Shown here: positions 20,092 to 29,765 of the stretch, piece by piece
Layout: every line of letters starts with the position of its first letter
Position numbering within the stretch: position 1 is the stretch's first letter
Origin: Clostridiales bacterium
GTDB lineage: Bacteria > Bacillota > Clostridia > Oscillospirales > Oscillospiraceae
Direction of reading: 5' to 3'
Assembly: GCA_029268065.1 (NCBI GenBank)
Contig: JAJUHC010000009.1
Location: 4,934-68,933 of the forward strand
DNA length: 64,000 bases
Notes under the pieces: generated by a model
Seen by the model: the letters and a program-made list of their open reading frames with translations, nothing else
Told to the model about the DNA's origin: nothing
Database searches by the model: none
Position numbers and translations under genes: made by a program

Positions 20092-20781
20092 CTAAAACCC
20101 AAGATAAAACATGTAAAAACCAATTAGCAGTATAAGCGCGCCCATGATAATCTTCAAGGCCTTGCTTGCTCTGCCGTACTCTTTGCTTGCAGTCAGCTTT
20201 TGCATAAGGCCGATTGACGTTCCGGCTATTACGGCAAGAATACCATGCCCGGTCGCATACAAGAGCAGCAACAGCGCGCCCCAGAGAATGCTTCCCTTGC
20301 CGGCGACGATGCCCAAAAGCGCAATCAACACAGGGGTGGAGCACGGCGAAGAGAAAATCCCTCCGAGTACGCCGGCAACGAAAGCCCCGATATAGCCTCT
20401 TTTTGTATTTTTGGATATAAGATAGCTCGACGGAATTATCTCGAATATGCCCCAGGTCTGCAAGGCCATCAGCACCATCAGAGCGCCGAGTACCAGGTAC
20501 CACCACGAAGCTGCGTTTCCCATCAGCCGTCCGGCGACGGAAGCGGCAACGCCCAATGCCGTAAAAGTAACTGCACCTCCCGCGGCAAAGGTCAGGGAGA
20601 GCCTGAACGCCTTTTTGGGGTCACGCTGACCGGTACCGCCTACATAACCGATTACCAGCGGAATACTCGACAGAGCGCAGGGCGTAAAAGACGCAAGCAC
20701 TCCGGCCACAAACGCAAGCACAGGCGCGAGCCAGCTGTTCTGAGTGATCATCCCGGATATGCTCTCGAGTATGGCTGTCAC
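20092..20781 (-). CDS. ccdA: CcdA/DsbD-family transmembrane thiol-disulfide electron transporter
   Basis: GTG start overlapping the upstream stop (GTGA). 229 aa, polytopic. FTPCALS and SPCSTP Cys motifs. Confidence 0.8.
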   Translation of the reverse strand: MTAILESISGMITQNSWLAPVLAFVAGVLASFTPCALSSIPLVIGYVGGTGQRDPKKAFRLSLTFAAGGAVTFTALGVAASVAGRLMGNAASWWYLVLGALMVLMALQTWGIFEIIPSSYLISKNTKRGYIGAFVAGVLGGIFSSPCSTPVLIALLGIVAGKGSILWGALLLLLYATGHGILAVIAGTSIGLMQKLTASKEYGRASKALKIIMGALILLIGFYMFYLGF

Positions 20782-21329
20782 TGAGCCACCCCCATGTCGG
20801 CAAGAATAAGACGCATCTGATCTTCCGTGAGTCCTCCCTGATGGACAGTAAAAACATGTTTGTTTGTGTCCCTCGTGGAGTACATCGTGAAACCAATGCC
20901 GATCTCGTTGCCGGGCACATAGGGTGTTCCATCCGCTTTTATAAATACCTGTGTGGGAATAACCTGTATGGGGAAGTCTTTTGCCGCGGCTCCGTTTTTC
21001 CATACATCGACGAACTTGATGATGGCTTTCCCCTGCATTTCCGCGTTCATTTTTTTGAGCACCGGAGCCATCGCCTTGCAGGGCTCGCAGGAATCCGCCC
21101 CGAAGTCGATAATGATTGGAAGACCGTATGAAGTCAACGCCTTCAAGTCGACGGCGCTTGTCTCCAGTGCAAAGTCCCCGTCGTTTTTAGCGGTAACGAG
21201 CGGTCCGGAGCCGTCTTTATTTTCAAAGCTTGTTGGCGTGGGATGCGTTTTAAGTCTCCATACCGCGGTAAGCGTTACGGCAATCAGCACCGGAACTATT
21301 ATTTTAATCAGGATTTTCTTCTTGTTCAT
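20778..21329 (-). CDS. membrane-anchored or exported TlpA/ResA-like thioredoxin
   Basis: MNKKKILIKIIVPVLIAV signal-anchor. DFGADSCEPCK CxxC motif. Start overlaps the upstream stop (TGATG). Confidence 0.8.
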   Translation of the reverse strand: MNKKKILIKIIVPVLIAVTLTAVWRLKTHPTPTSFENKDGSGPLVTAKNDGDFALETSAVDLKALTSYGLPIIIDFGADSCEPCKAMAPVLKKMNAEMQGKAIIKFVDVWKNGAAAKDFPIQVIPTQVFIKADGTPYVPGNEIGIGFTMYSTRDTNKHVFTVHQGGLTEDQMRLILADMGVAQ

Positions 21330-22096
21330 CAGCAGCAGCTGCCCCCGCAGGAGCATCCTGATTTCTTTTTTTTGCCCTCATAAAACGCTCTCAGATTTTG
21401 CGGTATTTCATACCCTCCGCAGGCGCAGCCGCCGCCGGATGGTGCAAACGTTTCTTTCAGTATGGCTTCCGCCAGCATTTCTCTCGGCGGCACCTCATAG
21501 CTTTCGCCCATATATTCAAACACCCGGCATTCCACATCTGTCCCGCTGATGTCGCTGCAGCATCCGCAGCTGTTCTCGCTTACCGATGCGCATATGTCAA
21601 TCCCATTTACGCGGATTGTGGGTGAAGACAAAAACTTGTACTTTTCCGCAAGCTCGGCTGTTTTCATTTCGATTTTTTTGTACTCAACCTTATATCCCGA
21701 CAGTTTAAGAGCAGGGGTCAGTATCTTCATAACCTCGTCAAGCTCCCTCTCCGTTCCGATACAGCGGTCACAGCTCTGCAGATCAAGGTAGAGATATTCC
21801 ACCAGAACGCTCTTTCCCGAAGCTTCCCCACAGGCGCCGGAGCAGCCGCATCCGTCGGCATTCCCCCTTGCTCCTTTCGGTGGCGTCCAGCCGGTATCCT
21901 CCCCCACATATGTAATCGCTCCCGCGGGGCAAAGGCTCCCGCAGCCGTGGCAGTGGTCAACACAGGACTCGGGATTTCTCACGACGGGCGATGGCGCTTT
22001 TGAAGCGTCATACACTCCGTGGCTGCACTTTTTGATGCAGGCCCCGCATTCTTTGCATACCGCGTAATCGATAACAGGGTACCATTTCTTTGCCAT
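21329..22096 (-). CDS. 4Fe-4S ferredoxin domain fused to a DUF2703-like thioredoxin-fold domain with Cys-Gly-rich linkers and tail
   Basis: CKECGACIKKC and CHGCGSLCP motifs. YLDLQSCDRC core. GCGCSGACGE, GGGCACGG and C-terminal SGCSCGGSCC segments. Confidence 0.6.
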   Translation of the reverse strand: MAKKWYPVIDYAVCKECGACIKKCSHGVYDASKAPSPVVRNPESCVDHCHGCGSLCPAGAITYVGEDTGWTPPKGARGNADGCGCSGACGEASGKSVLVEYLYLDLQSCDRCIGTERELDEVMKILTPALKLSGYKVEYKKIEMKTAELAEKYKFLSSPTIRVNGIDICASVSENSCGCCSDISGTDVECRVFEYMGESYEVPPREMLAEAILKETFAPSGGGCACGGYEIPQNLRAFYEGKKKKSGCSCGGSCC

Positions 22097-22111
22097 TCTT
22101 ATACAGCTCCT

Positions 22112-23116
22112 TTATACAAACAGAAATTGAAACGCGTTGAACACATAGCCTATCACTATTATCCCCGCGGCGACGATGCCGACGAACACAGCCAAGAGCC
22201 TCGGCTTTACGGCGCGGCGCAGCATGATAATCGACGGAGCGGAGAGCGCCGTTACGGCCATCATAAACGACAGGATGGTGCCGAGCCCCACGCCCTTATA
22301 GAACAGCGCCTCGGCAATGGGTATCGTTCCGAAAATGTCCGCATACATCGGTATGCCGACCAAAGTGGCCAAAATTACCGAGAATGGGTTGCGGCTGCCC
22401 AGGACCGCCTGTATCAGCTCCGCCGGGATCCAGTTATGGATTACAGCACCGATTCCGACGCCGATAAAGACGTAAATTATAACTTTTTTAAGAGTCGCCT
22501 CCACCTGTTCCCTTGCGTATATCAGGCGCTCGCGTTTTGTCAGCTCGGGAGCTTCAATGTCCACGCTGCCCGCCGACTTGACGAAGCTTTCAACATATTT
22601 TTCCATGCCGAGCCTCTGGATAAGCGTACCCCCGGTAACCGCGAGCACAAGCCCGACAATAACATATGCGAAGGCGACCTTTGCGCCGAAAATGCTCATC
22701 AGCAGTATCAGAGAACCCAGGTCTACAAGCGGCGAGGATATCAAAAAAGAAAACGTAATTCCAACCGGCAGCCCCGCGCTCGAAAAGCCTATGAAAAGCG
22801 GTATCGAGGAGCAGGAGCAAAACGGGGTGACGGTGCCGAGCAACGCCGCGAGGGTGTTCGCCGTAATGCCCCTGAAGCGACCGAGGATTTTTTTAGTCCG
22901 CTCCGGCGGAAAATAGCTCTGTATATACGAGATAATAAAGATCAGCGCGGACAGCAAAATGAGTATCTTTATAACATCATAAAAGAAAAAGTGAACGCTC
23001 CCCCCGAGCCTCGACGTCATGTCAAGACGGAACACTTTTTCAACAAGCAGCCTCACAAGGCTTGAAAGCCACTCCATCTTAAGTATCTGATTGTTGAGAA
23101 ATTCCAAGACAACCAT
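22112..23116 (-). CDS. PF03773-type permease (ArsP-like)
   Basis: 334 aa, polytopic. TPFCSCSSIPLF vicinal-Cys motif. Lies immediately downstream of arsR. Confidence 0.7.
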   Translation of the reverse strand: MVVLEFLNNQILKMEWLSSLVRLLVEKVFRLDMTSRLGGSVHFFFYDVIKILILLSALIFIISYIQSYFPPERTKKILGRFRGITANTLAALLGTVTPFCSCSSIPLFIGFSSAGLPVGITFSFLISSPLVDLGSLILLMSIFGAKVAFAYVIVGLVLAVTGGTLIQRLGMEKYVESFVKSAGSVDIEAPELTKRERLIYAREQVEATLKKVIIYVFIGVGIGAVIHNWIPAELIQAVLGSRNPFSVILATLVGIPMYADIFGTIPIAEALFYKGVGLGTILSFMMAVTALSAPSIIMLRRAVKPRLLAVFVGIVAAGIIVIGYVFNAFQFLFV

Positions 23117-23146
23117 AAACGATCTCCTTTAAAATAAAAAAATGCT

Positions 23147-23458
23147 CTAGTTTACGCAGTCCTTGCAGATGCAGTCGGAAGCGCCGGAGGTAATATCGTT
23201 CAAAAACGCCTTTGCGCTCTCTATTGCATCGCGGTTCAGCGAGTAATAAGTCCATTTGCCCTCGTCCCTGCCCTTGACTATTCCGCATTCGCAGAGCAGC
23301 TTCATGTGATGCGACAATGTGGACTGCGACATTTCAAAGCGCTCGAGTATTTTGCAGGCGCAAAGCTCCCCGCAGGACAGCATATCGACTATCATAGCTC
23401 GTTTGGGATCGCCCAAGGCCTTAAAAAGCCTTGCCCCAGCGGCATATTTATCGTTCAT
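23147..23458 (-). CDS. arsR: ArsR/SmtB family metalloregulator
   Basis: Start at MNDKY behind GAGGTG. 103 aa. ELCACKI metalloid-binding motif in the HTH region. Confidence 0.85.
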   Translation of the reverse strand: MNDKYAAGARLFKALGDPKRAMIVDMLSCGELCACKILERFEMSQSTLSHHMKLLCECGIVKGRDEGKWTYYSLNRDAIESAKAFLNDITSGASDCICKDCVN

Positions 23459-23480
23459 CGCGCACCTCAAATTCAAGTTT

Positions 23481-23527
23481 TTCGATTTGATCACTATCAA
23501 TATATTCCTCAAATCGAATTTTGTCAA
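23481..23527 (-). promoter_or_regulatory. ars promoter TTGACA-17-TATATT with a bracketing 10-bp inverted repeat (candidate ArsR operator)
   Basis: On the minus strand, -35 is at 23522-23527 and -10 at 23499-23504. Arms TTCGATTTGA (23481-23490) and TCAAATCGAA (23509-23518). Confidence 0.45.
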
Positions 23528-23780
23528 TATGAAATCCTGATGGAATTATTTTTCGTAATATATTTATAAAGAGTGCATGAATTTCCAAAAACATGCTCTG
23601 AGGGCGGCGCCACCCTGATATTATGCTGCGAAATCAACACTTTATCGATTTTTGGGTACTGAAAATATACACCGTGTAACAAAAATCAGGCATTGATTGC
23701 GCCTTTGCCGCTTTGGGTGATATTATTAAGAAAATAGTTTGCCTGCTAATTTCAATAAAACGGAAATTGAGGTCAGCTTT

Positions 23781-24944
23781 ATGAAGAAGGAACCCTTTGC
23801 ATATCAGTATTACATGGTTTTGCTTGCGGGCCTTTGCACCAGCATGGGCTACTCCATGATAAGCGGCGTGATTGTAAAATACGTCGTAAGCCTCGGCTTC
23901 AGCCTTACGACAGCGGGATTTGTAAGCGGGCTTTACGCCTCTTCGGCTCTGTTTGTAAGGCCTGTTGGGGGAATGCTTTCCGACAGGTTCCACGAAAAAA
24001 GACTTCTTAGGGTATCAACCCCGCTTTTTGCGCTCTGCATATTCGCATACGGCCTTGTGCCCTCGCTTGGCGGCTTTGCCTTTATCAGGATTATCAGCGG
24101 TATGGTCTTTGCCGTTAACGGTACCGTCACCTCCGCTTACGCCTGCAAGTTTATACCGAGGAGCCGGACGGGCGAGGGCATCGGCTATATGGGACTCACC
24201 TATACGCTCAGCATGGCTGTCGCGCCCGGCATAGGGCTCTCCGTCTTCAACTCTCTTGGCTCGAGACCCGCGTTTTGCATAGCGGGCTGCGTCATAGCGC
24301 TCGCCACCGTTTTTATCATGCTCATCAGGGACGATATGTCCCCGAAAAGTATTGGGAACTGCGGTTTTTCCTTTTCCAGCCTCATTGCCGTGCCGCTCCT
24401 GCCGCTCGCTTTTATCAACGGACTTTTCTCCTTCTGCAACGGCATCATTGTTAATTTCATCATCCTGCACGCGGAGAAAAACAACATTGCAAACCCCACA
24501 GTTTTCTTTACCGTTACCGCAGCCGTAATGCTTGTCGTGCGCCCGCTCGCCGGAAAATTCAACGACCGCAAGGGCCTGCCCGCCGTACTCATACCCGCCT
24601 TCATCGTCTCCGCCGCGGGAATGCTCTTCATAGGCTCCCTGAGCTCCTTTTTTGTTATGATCGCCGGCGCGGTGCTCACGTCACTCGGCTCCGGCTCGGG
24701 TCAGCCTTCTATCCAGGCCGAGTGCGTAAAAAGAATGCCTGAGAGCCAGCGGGGAGTCGCGATCAGCACTTATTTTGTCTTCGCGGATCTGTTCCAGGGC
24801 TTCGGCCCCTTAATAGGCGGAGCGATTGCCGACGCCAAAGGCTACACCTTTACATACAACGTATGCGCCGCCGTGCTTATAGGCGGTCTGTTCCTGTACC
24901 TTGCCGAGAATCACTTCAGCAAAAAGAGACTAAGCCGCGTCTGA
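23781..24944 (+). CDS. MFS transporter
   Basis: 387 aa from the ATG at 23781. About 12 hydrophobic segments. GGMLSDRF loop motif. Confidence 0.8.
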   Translation: MKKEPFAYQYYMVLLAGLCTSMGYSMISGVIVKYVVSLGFSLTTAGFVSGLYASSALFVRPVGGMLSDRFHEKRLLRVSTPLFALCIFAYGLVPSLGGFAFIRIISGMVFAVNGTVTSAYACKFIPRSRTGEGIGYMGLTYTLSMAVAPGIGLSVFNSLGSRPAFCIAGCVIALATVFIMLIRDDMSPKSIGNCGFSFSSLIAVPLLPLAFINGLFSFCNGIIVNFIILHAEKNNIANPTVFFTVTAAVMLVVRPLAGKFNDRKGLPAVLIPAFIVSAAGMLFIGSLSSFFVMIAGAVLTSLGSGSGQPSIQAECVKRMPESQRGVAISTYFVFADLFQGFGPLIGGAIADAKGYTFTYNVCAAVLIGGLFLYLAENHFSKKRLSRV

Positions 24945-24969
24945 GTCCCGGCGCAGGCTGCACAAAGCG

Positions 24970-25010
24970 GCGAGCATCCCGCGGCAGACGCTTTGCCGCG
25001 GGATGCTCGC
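24970..25010. terminator. bidirectional terminator between convergent genes
   Basis: 16-bp perfect stem GCGAGCATCCCGCGGC/GCCGCGGGATGCTCGC with a 9-nt loop. Confidence 0.6.
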
Positions 25011-25025
25011 TGTTATTTACTAAAA

Positions 25026-25991
25026 TTATCGGTTGTACGCGAACCTGTTGCCGTTGAGCCTCTTCCAGACCTCGTCGCAGCGGGCGAGGATGTCCTCGGG
25101 AAGGGAGCCCTTCGCTATCAGCTCCAGATTGCCAGTCAAATGCTCAAGACGGCTCACCCCAAGTATCACGTTTGTAACATAGCCGTAAGAAACGCACCAG
25201 CGCAGCGAAAGCTCAAGGAGAGACATACCGGCGGATTTTGCTATCTTATCAAGGCTCTCCATAGCTTCGAAGCTGTCGTCGTTCCAGTATCTCTGATAAT
25301 ATCCGGGTTCTGAAAGGCGCGTATTTTCAACGGGCCGCTCCCTGCCGTGCTTACCCGACAGCAGTCCGCCGGCCAGCGGGTTGTAGATGGTCAGGCCTAT
25401 CTTCTTTGCCTTGAGGAAGGGAACGAGCTCGGATTCTATTCCCCTCGTCAGAAGGTTGTATACGTTTTCGGTCAGGCAGGGCGGCGCATAGCTCCGCTTG
25501 TCGCAGATTGAAAGCGCGTCCATCATTTCCCACGCGGCGTAGTTGCTCATTCCTATGTAGCGGACCTTGCCGGACTTGACCAGGGAATTCATGGCCTCCA
25601 TCGTTTCCTCAAGCGGCGTCGTGTGCTGCGGGAAATGCAGGTAATAAATATCCATATAATCCGTGTCGAGGCGTTTCAGGCTCTTCTCCGCAGCCGAAAT
25701 GATGTGCTTCCTGCTCAGCCCCTGTCCGTTAAGCCCCGGCTCCGAGGGACCTCCGACCTTGCTCGCCACAATCACCTCGTCACGGCAGCCCTTGAGCGCC
25801 TTACCCAAAATCAACTCGCTTTGACCGCCCGTGTAAATATTCGCGGTGTCAAAAAAGTTCACTCCGGCGTCGAGGGCGCGGTGAACCACCTCTATACTCC
25901 CCTGTTCGTCCAGCTGTCCGCCGAAGGTCATGGTGCCAAGGCAGACCCTTGAAACGGTCAGCCCCGTTCCTGTCAGATTAACGTTTTCCAT
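25026..25991 (-). CDS. aldo/keto reductase
   Basis: 321 aa. N-terminal LGTMTFG and FFDTANIY motifs. Confidence 0.9.
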   Translation of the reverse strand: MENVNLTGTGLTVSRVCLGTMTFGGQLDEQGSIEVVHRALDAGVNFFDTANIYTGGQSELILGKALKGCRDEVIVASKVGGPSEPGLNGQGLSRKHIISAAEKSLKRLDTDYMDIYYLHFPQHTTPLEETMEAMNSLVKSGKVRYIGMSNYAAWEMMDALSICDKRSYAPPCLTENVYNLLTRGIESELVPFLKAKKIGLTIYNPLAGGLLSGKHGRERPVENTRLSEPGYYQRYWNDDSFEAMESLDKIAKSAGMSLLELSLRWCVSYGYVTNVILGVSRLEHLTGNLELIAKGSLPEDILARCDEVWKRLNGNRFAYNR

Positions 25992-26169
25992 TTCTAAACC
26001 CTCCGAAGCAAAAAATCAAATTTTAGGAAAATCACTTTTCTGCAAAAAAGCAGCTGCTCATATTGCCCTGTTGATATTGAGTATACTACTTTATAGCGCC
26101 GCTGTCATTCATTTCCTTAAAATTTGTCATTTTTTCTTCATTAATACCTGGAAAAGCAGCCTGTGACGG

Positions 26170-26637
26170 TCAACGCCCCATCTCACGGATAAGATTGACC
26201 ATTTCTATCGCGCCTGTCGCGGAATCGTAGCCCTTGTTTCCCGCCTTCGTTCCGGCGCGCTCGATTGCCTGCTCTATGTTTTCGGTGGTCACGACACCGA
26301 ACATCACCGGAATTTCGAATTTTAGCGAAACGTTTGCAATTCCCTTGGAAACCTCGGCGCAAACCAGCTCGTAATGCGACGTCGAGCCCCGGATTATCGC
26401 GCCAAGGCATATTATAGCGTCATATTTTTCGCTTTTCGCCATTTTTGAGGCGATGACCGGGAGCTCGAAAGCTCCGGGCACCCACGCGAGCTCTATATCG
26501 TCTTCTTTTACGTCATGACGCTTAAGTCCGTCGAGAGCGCCCTCAAGCAGCTTTGAGACGATGAATTCGTTGAAGCGCGAGGCGACAATCCCGATCTTGA
26601 TGTTTTCCGATACAAGCTTTCCTTCATAAACCTTCAT
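26170..26637 (-). CDS. ribH: 6,7-dimethyl-8-ribityllumazine synthase
   Basis: 155 aa. Typical RibH sequence (IVASRFN). Confidence 0.95.
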   Translation of the reverse strand: MKVYEGKLVSENIKIGIVASRFNEFIVSKLLEGALDGLKRHDVKEDDIELAWVPGAFELPVIASKMAKSEKYDAIICLGAIIRGSTSHYELVCAEVSKGIANVSLKFEIPVMFGVVTTENIEQAIERAGTKAGNKGYDSATGAIEMVNLIREMGR

Positions 26638-26661
26638 TTTATTTTCTCCCTTGTTCTGTAT

Positions 26662-27861
26662 TCAGTAGCTTAAAAGATGTCCCATCTTTTCCTGCTTTGT
26701 CCTCAGGTAAAATGCGTCGTGCTCTGTCGGGCTTATCTGAATTGGAATGCGCTCGACGATTTCCAGCCCGAAGTCGGAGAGCGCGTAAACCTTCTGAGGA
26801 TTGTTGGTCAGAAGCCTCAGCGTCTTTGCGCCGAGATCCCTCAATATCTGCGCCCCGATAAAGTATTCCCGCAGGTCCTCCTTGAATCCGAGCGCGATAT
26901 TTGCCTGCACGGTGTCAAGTCCCCTGTCCTGCAGCTCGTAGGCCCTCAGCTTGTTTACAAGCCCTATGCCCCTGCCCTCCTGCCGCATGTAGAGCAGAAC
27001 TCCCCTGCCCTCCTTTTCTATCCGCCTCATGGCCGAGGCGAACTGCTCGCCGCAGTCGCAGCGCACGGAGCCGAAGGCGTCGCCCGTCAGGCACTCGGAA
27101 TGCACCCTGCAGAGCAGATCCTTTCCGTCGCCTATTTCACCCTTAACGAGGGCCACATGATGCTCTCCGTTGAGCTTGTTGATATAGGCGCAGGCCCTGA
27201 AGTCTCCGTATTTTGTGGGCATCTTGGTTTCGGCGACGCGCTCGACAAGCCTGTCGTGCTTCTTCCGGTATTCCTGAAGCGCTTTTATGGTGATGAACTT
27301 CAGGCCGAACCTTTCCGAAAGCTCCATAAGCTCGGGCGTTCTCATCATGGCGCCGTCATCACGTATGATTTCGCAGCACAGGCCGCACTCCCTGAGCCCC
27401 GCGAGCCTCATAAGATCAACCGTCGCCTCCGTGTGCCCGTTTCTTTCAAGCACGCCGTTTTTTCTCGCGAGAAGCGGAAACATATGCCCCGGCCTTCTGA
27501 AGTCCTCGGGTCGCGCCCCATCTTCGACGCATTTTCTGGCGGTCAGGGCACGCTCCGCCGCGGAAATGCCCGTTGTGGTATCGACATGGTCGATGGAAAC
27601 GGTAAAGGCCGTTTCGTGGAGGTCCGAGTTTTTGTCGACCATCTGCGGTATCCTGAGCTTTTGAACCAGGGACTCTCCCATCGGCATACAGATAAGTCCC
27701 TTGCCGTGCGTCGCCATAAAGTTTACGTTCTCCGTCGTGGCATGCTCCGCTGCGCATATGAAATCGCCCTCGTTTTCCCTGTCCTCGTCATCGGTGACCA
27801 GGATTATTCTTCCCTTTCTAAGCTCCTCCAGAGCTTCGTCGATCGTACTGAATTCAAACAT
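26662..27861 (-). CDS. ribBA: bifunctional 3,4-dihydroxy-2-butanone-4-phosphate synthase / GTP cyclohydrolase II
   Basis: 399 aa. DRENEGD, the HTEA region and the CDCG zinc motif. Confidence 0.95.
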   Translation of the reverse strand: MFEFSTIDEALEELRKGRIILVTDDEDRENEGDFICAAEHATTENVNFMATHGKGLICMPMGESLVQKLRIPQMVDKNSDLHETAFTVSIDHVDTTTGISAAERALTARKCVEDGARPEDFRRPGHMFPLLARKNGVLERNGHTEATVDLMRLAGLRECGLCCEIIRDDGAMMRTPELMELSERFGLKFITIKALQEYRKKHDRLVERVAETKMPTKYGDFRACAYINKLNGEHHVALVKGEIGDGKDLLCRVHSECLTGDAFGSVRCDCGEQFASAMRRIEKEGRGVLLYMRQEGRGIGLVNKLRAYELQDRGLDTVQANIALGFKEDLREYFIGAQILRDLGAKTLRLLTNNPQKVYALSDFGLEIVERIPIQISPTEHDAFYLRTKQEKMGHLLSY

Positions 27862-27872
27862 TTTCGCGCCTC

Positions 27873-28529
27873 CTATATGTTAAAGCCCGCTTTTACGAGA
27901 AGCTCCGCCGTTACGCCGCTCTCCCGCCTTCCGGGGGCGTCTTTTACGCTCATGAGTCTCTCCACGTATTTGCCTATGACGTCGTTTTCCAGGTTAACCC
28001 TTTCACCGGCGCCTTTTCCAAGAAGCGTCGTTTCCCTTCCGGTATGCGGAATTACGGATACCGAAAAACCGTTTTCATCGCGCTTCGCTACCGTTAGGCT
28101 GATCCCGTCAATGGCGACCGAGCCCTTTTCAACGATATACCTCATTATGCTTTCCGCAGCGGAAATCCTTATCCATACCGCGTTTCCTTCCCGCTCCGTA
28201 CTCTCTATTCTGCCCGTCCCGTCGATATGCCCGGAAACTATATGCCCGCCGAATCGCCCGTTTGCAGGCATCGCGCGCTCCAGATTCACCCCGCTGCCCG
28301 CTCTCAGTTCTCCGAGACTGCTTCTCAAAAGCGTTTCGTTCATCACGTCTGCAGTGAAGCTCGCGCTTCCGAGCTCCGCAACGGTAAGACAAACTCCGTT
28401 TACCGCCACGCTGTCCCCGAGCCTTAAGTCTTCAAATATTTTCGCCGCCTTCACGGTGAGCTTCGCAGATCTTGCACCTTTAACAAGGGCCGCAACCGTT
28501 CCCGTCTCTTCAATTATGCCTGTAAACAC
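27873..28529 (-). CDS. ribE: riboflavin synthase alpha chain
   Basis: 218 aa, starting MFTGIIE with internal duplication. Confidence 0.9.
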   Translation of the reverse strand: MFTGIIEETGTVAALVKGARSAKLTVKAAKIFEDLRLGDSVAVNGVCLTVAELGSASFTADVMNETLLRSSLGELRAGSGVNLERAMPANGRFGGHIVSGHIDGTGRIESTEREGNAVWIRISAAESIMRYIVEKGSVAIDGISLTVAKRDENGFSVSVIPHTGRETTLLGKGAGERVNLENDVIGKYVERLMSVKDAPGRRESGVTAELLVKAGFNI

Positions 28530-28538
28530 TTTTTCGCC

Positions 28539-29624
28539 TCATTTCAAGCTGTATTCCAGCAGTATGTCCTCGTCAAACTCCGTTATCTTCCTGTCACGGA
28601 ACAAAAAAGCTTCCTCCGGCCTGTTTACGCCTGTCCCGCCCACGGGTCCCTTTGCGCCTTCACCTCCGAAAATCTTCGGCGCGATGTAGACAAAGGCCTT
28701 ATTGACTATCCCGCAGTCCAAGGCAGAAGCGTTGAGCGATGCGCCGCCTTCGAGCAGCATGCTGTCGATTCCCTTTTCGCCAAGCACCTTCATCAGCTCG
28801 TTGAGATCAATATGGGAATTATTTACGGGTACCCGGATAATTTCCGCGCCCCTGTCTCGCAGCCTGTCCGTTTTTTCGCCCTCCGGAGCCGCCGTCGCAA
28901 TATAGGTTCTGAACTCGTGTGCGGTCTTGACTATTTGGGATTCGGGCGGTATTCTCAGGTTCGTGTCGCAGACTATACGGAAAGGGTCCCTGCCTCCCGG
29001 CAAGCGGCAGGTAAGCAGCGGGTCGTCCGCTATGACAGTGCCGACCCCGGCCATGACCGCTGAATACCTATGGCGCAGCCCATGGACGTGCTCCCGCGTT
29101 TTTTCGCTCGTTATCCATTTGGACTTTCCGCTCACCGTCGCTATTTTTCCGTCGAGGGTCATCGCGTACTTCATCGCCACGAAGGGAGTTTTGTGTGTTA
29201 TATAGTGGCAGAACACCTCGTTTTGCCTTCTGCATTCCTCCTCCAGTATTCCGCAGAGCGTTTCTATGCCGTTATTTCTCAGAATCTCAAGCCCCTTTCC
29301 TGCTACGAGGGGATTTGGATCTTTCAAACCGGCAATCACCTTTTTGATTCCGCTTTCTATTAATGCGTCAGTGCAGGGCGGCGTCTGCCCGTGATGGCAG
29401 CATGGCTCAAGCGTGACATATATCGAGGCTCCCTCGGGGCTTTCGGTACAGGACGCGAGGGCGTTTCTTTCAGCGTGCGGGGAACCGTATCTTTCGTGGT
29501 GCCCCATGCCGATCACTCTGCCGTCTTTGACGATTACCGCGCCGACCATGGGATTCGGATTCACCCAGCCGCAGCCTTTAGAGGCTTCCCGAAGGGCCAT
29601 GTTCATATAATATTCGTGGTACAT
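28539..29624 (-). CDS. ribD: bifunctional diaminohydroxyphosphoribosylaminopyrimidine deaminase / 5-amino-6-(5-phosphoribosylamino)uracil reductase
   Basis: 361 aa. HAE and PCxxC deaminase zinc motifs. Confidence 0.9.
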   Translation of the reverse strand: MYHEYYMNMALREASKGCGWVNPNPMVGAVIVKDGRVIGMGHHERYGSPHAERNALASCTESPEGASIYVTLEPCCHHGQTPPCTDALIESGIKKVIAGLKDPNPLVAGKGLEILRNNGIETLCGILEEECRRQNEVFCHYITHKTPFVAMKYAMTLDGKIATVSGKSKWITSEKTREHVHGLRHRYSAVMAGVGTVIADDPLLTCRLPGGRDPFRIVCDTNLRIPPESQIVKTAHEFRTYIATAAPEGEKTDRLRDRGAEIIRVPVNNSHIDLNELMKVLGEKGIDSMLLEGGASLNASALDCGIVNKAFVYIAPKIFGGEGAKGPVGGTGVNRPEEAFLFRDRKITEFDEDILLEYSLK

Positions 29625-29701
29625 TTGTCAAAGCCCCCTCAAAAAAACGCCATGAAACCTCTTCATGGCGTATATTATGTGCAGTAATGATAACTTCCCC
29701 G

Positions 29702-29733
29702 AAAAAAAGCTCTGGAATAAAAATTCCAGAGCT
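29702..29733 (-). terminator. FMN riboswitch expression-platform terminator
   Basis: Minus strand: AGCTCTGGAAT-loop-ATTCCAGAGCT followed by TTTTTTT. Confidence 0.7.
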
Positions 29734-29765
29734 GAATCGACAGGCATCGAAATAATGCGCACAAA

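Noticed and set aside
20081-20506. 142-aa N-terminal extension of the desulfurase-like ORF, and similar extensions at 20782-21003, 48592-48933, 9007-9213 and 4956-5057
   Set aside because: The extensions overlap the upstream genes, are Arg-rich and low complexity, and internal starts with good RBSs give proteins of canonical length.
22019-23065. 348-aa plus-strand ORF opposite the permease gene
   Set aside because: The product is Arg/Gln/Asp-rich with no motifs. The opposite strand encodes a coherent polytopic permease that fits the operon spacing.
26677-28689. 670-aa plus-strand ORF, the longest in the region
   Set aside because: It lies entirely antisense to ribBA, ribE and ribD, which have unmistakable enzyme sequences. 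Its translation is low-complexity (Pro/Ser/Leu/Ala-rich). It is a shadow ORF typical of GC-rich coding DNA.
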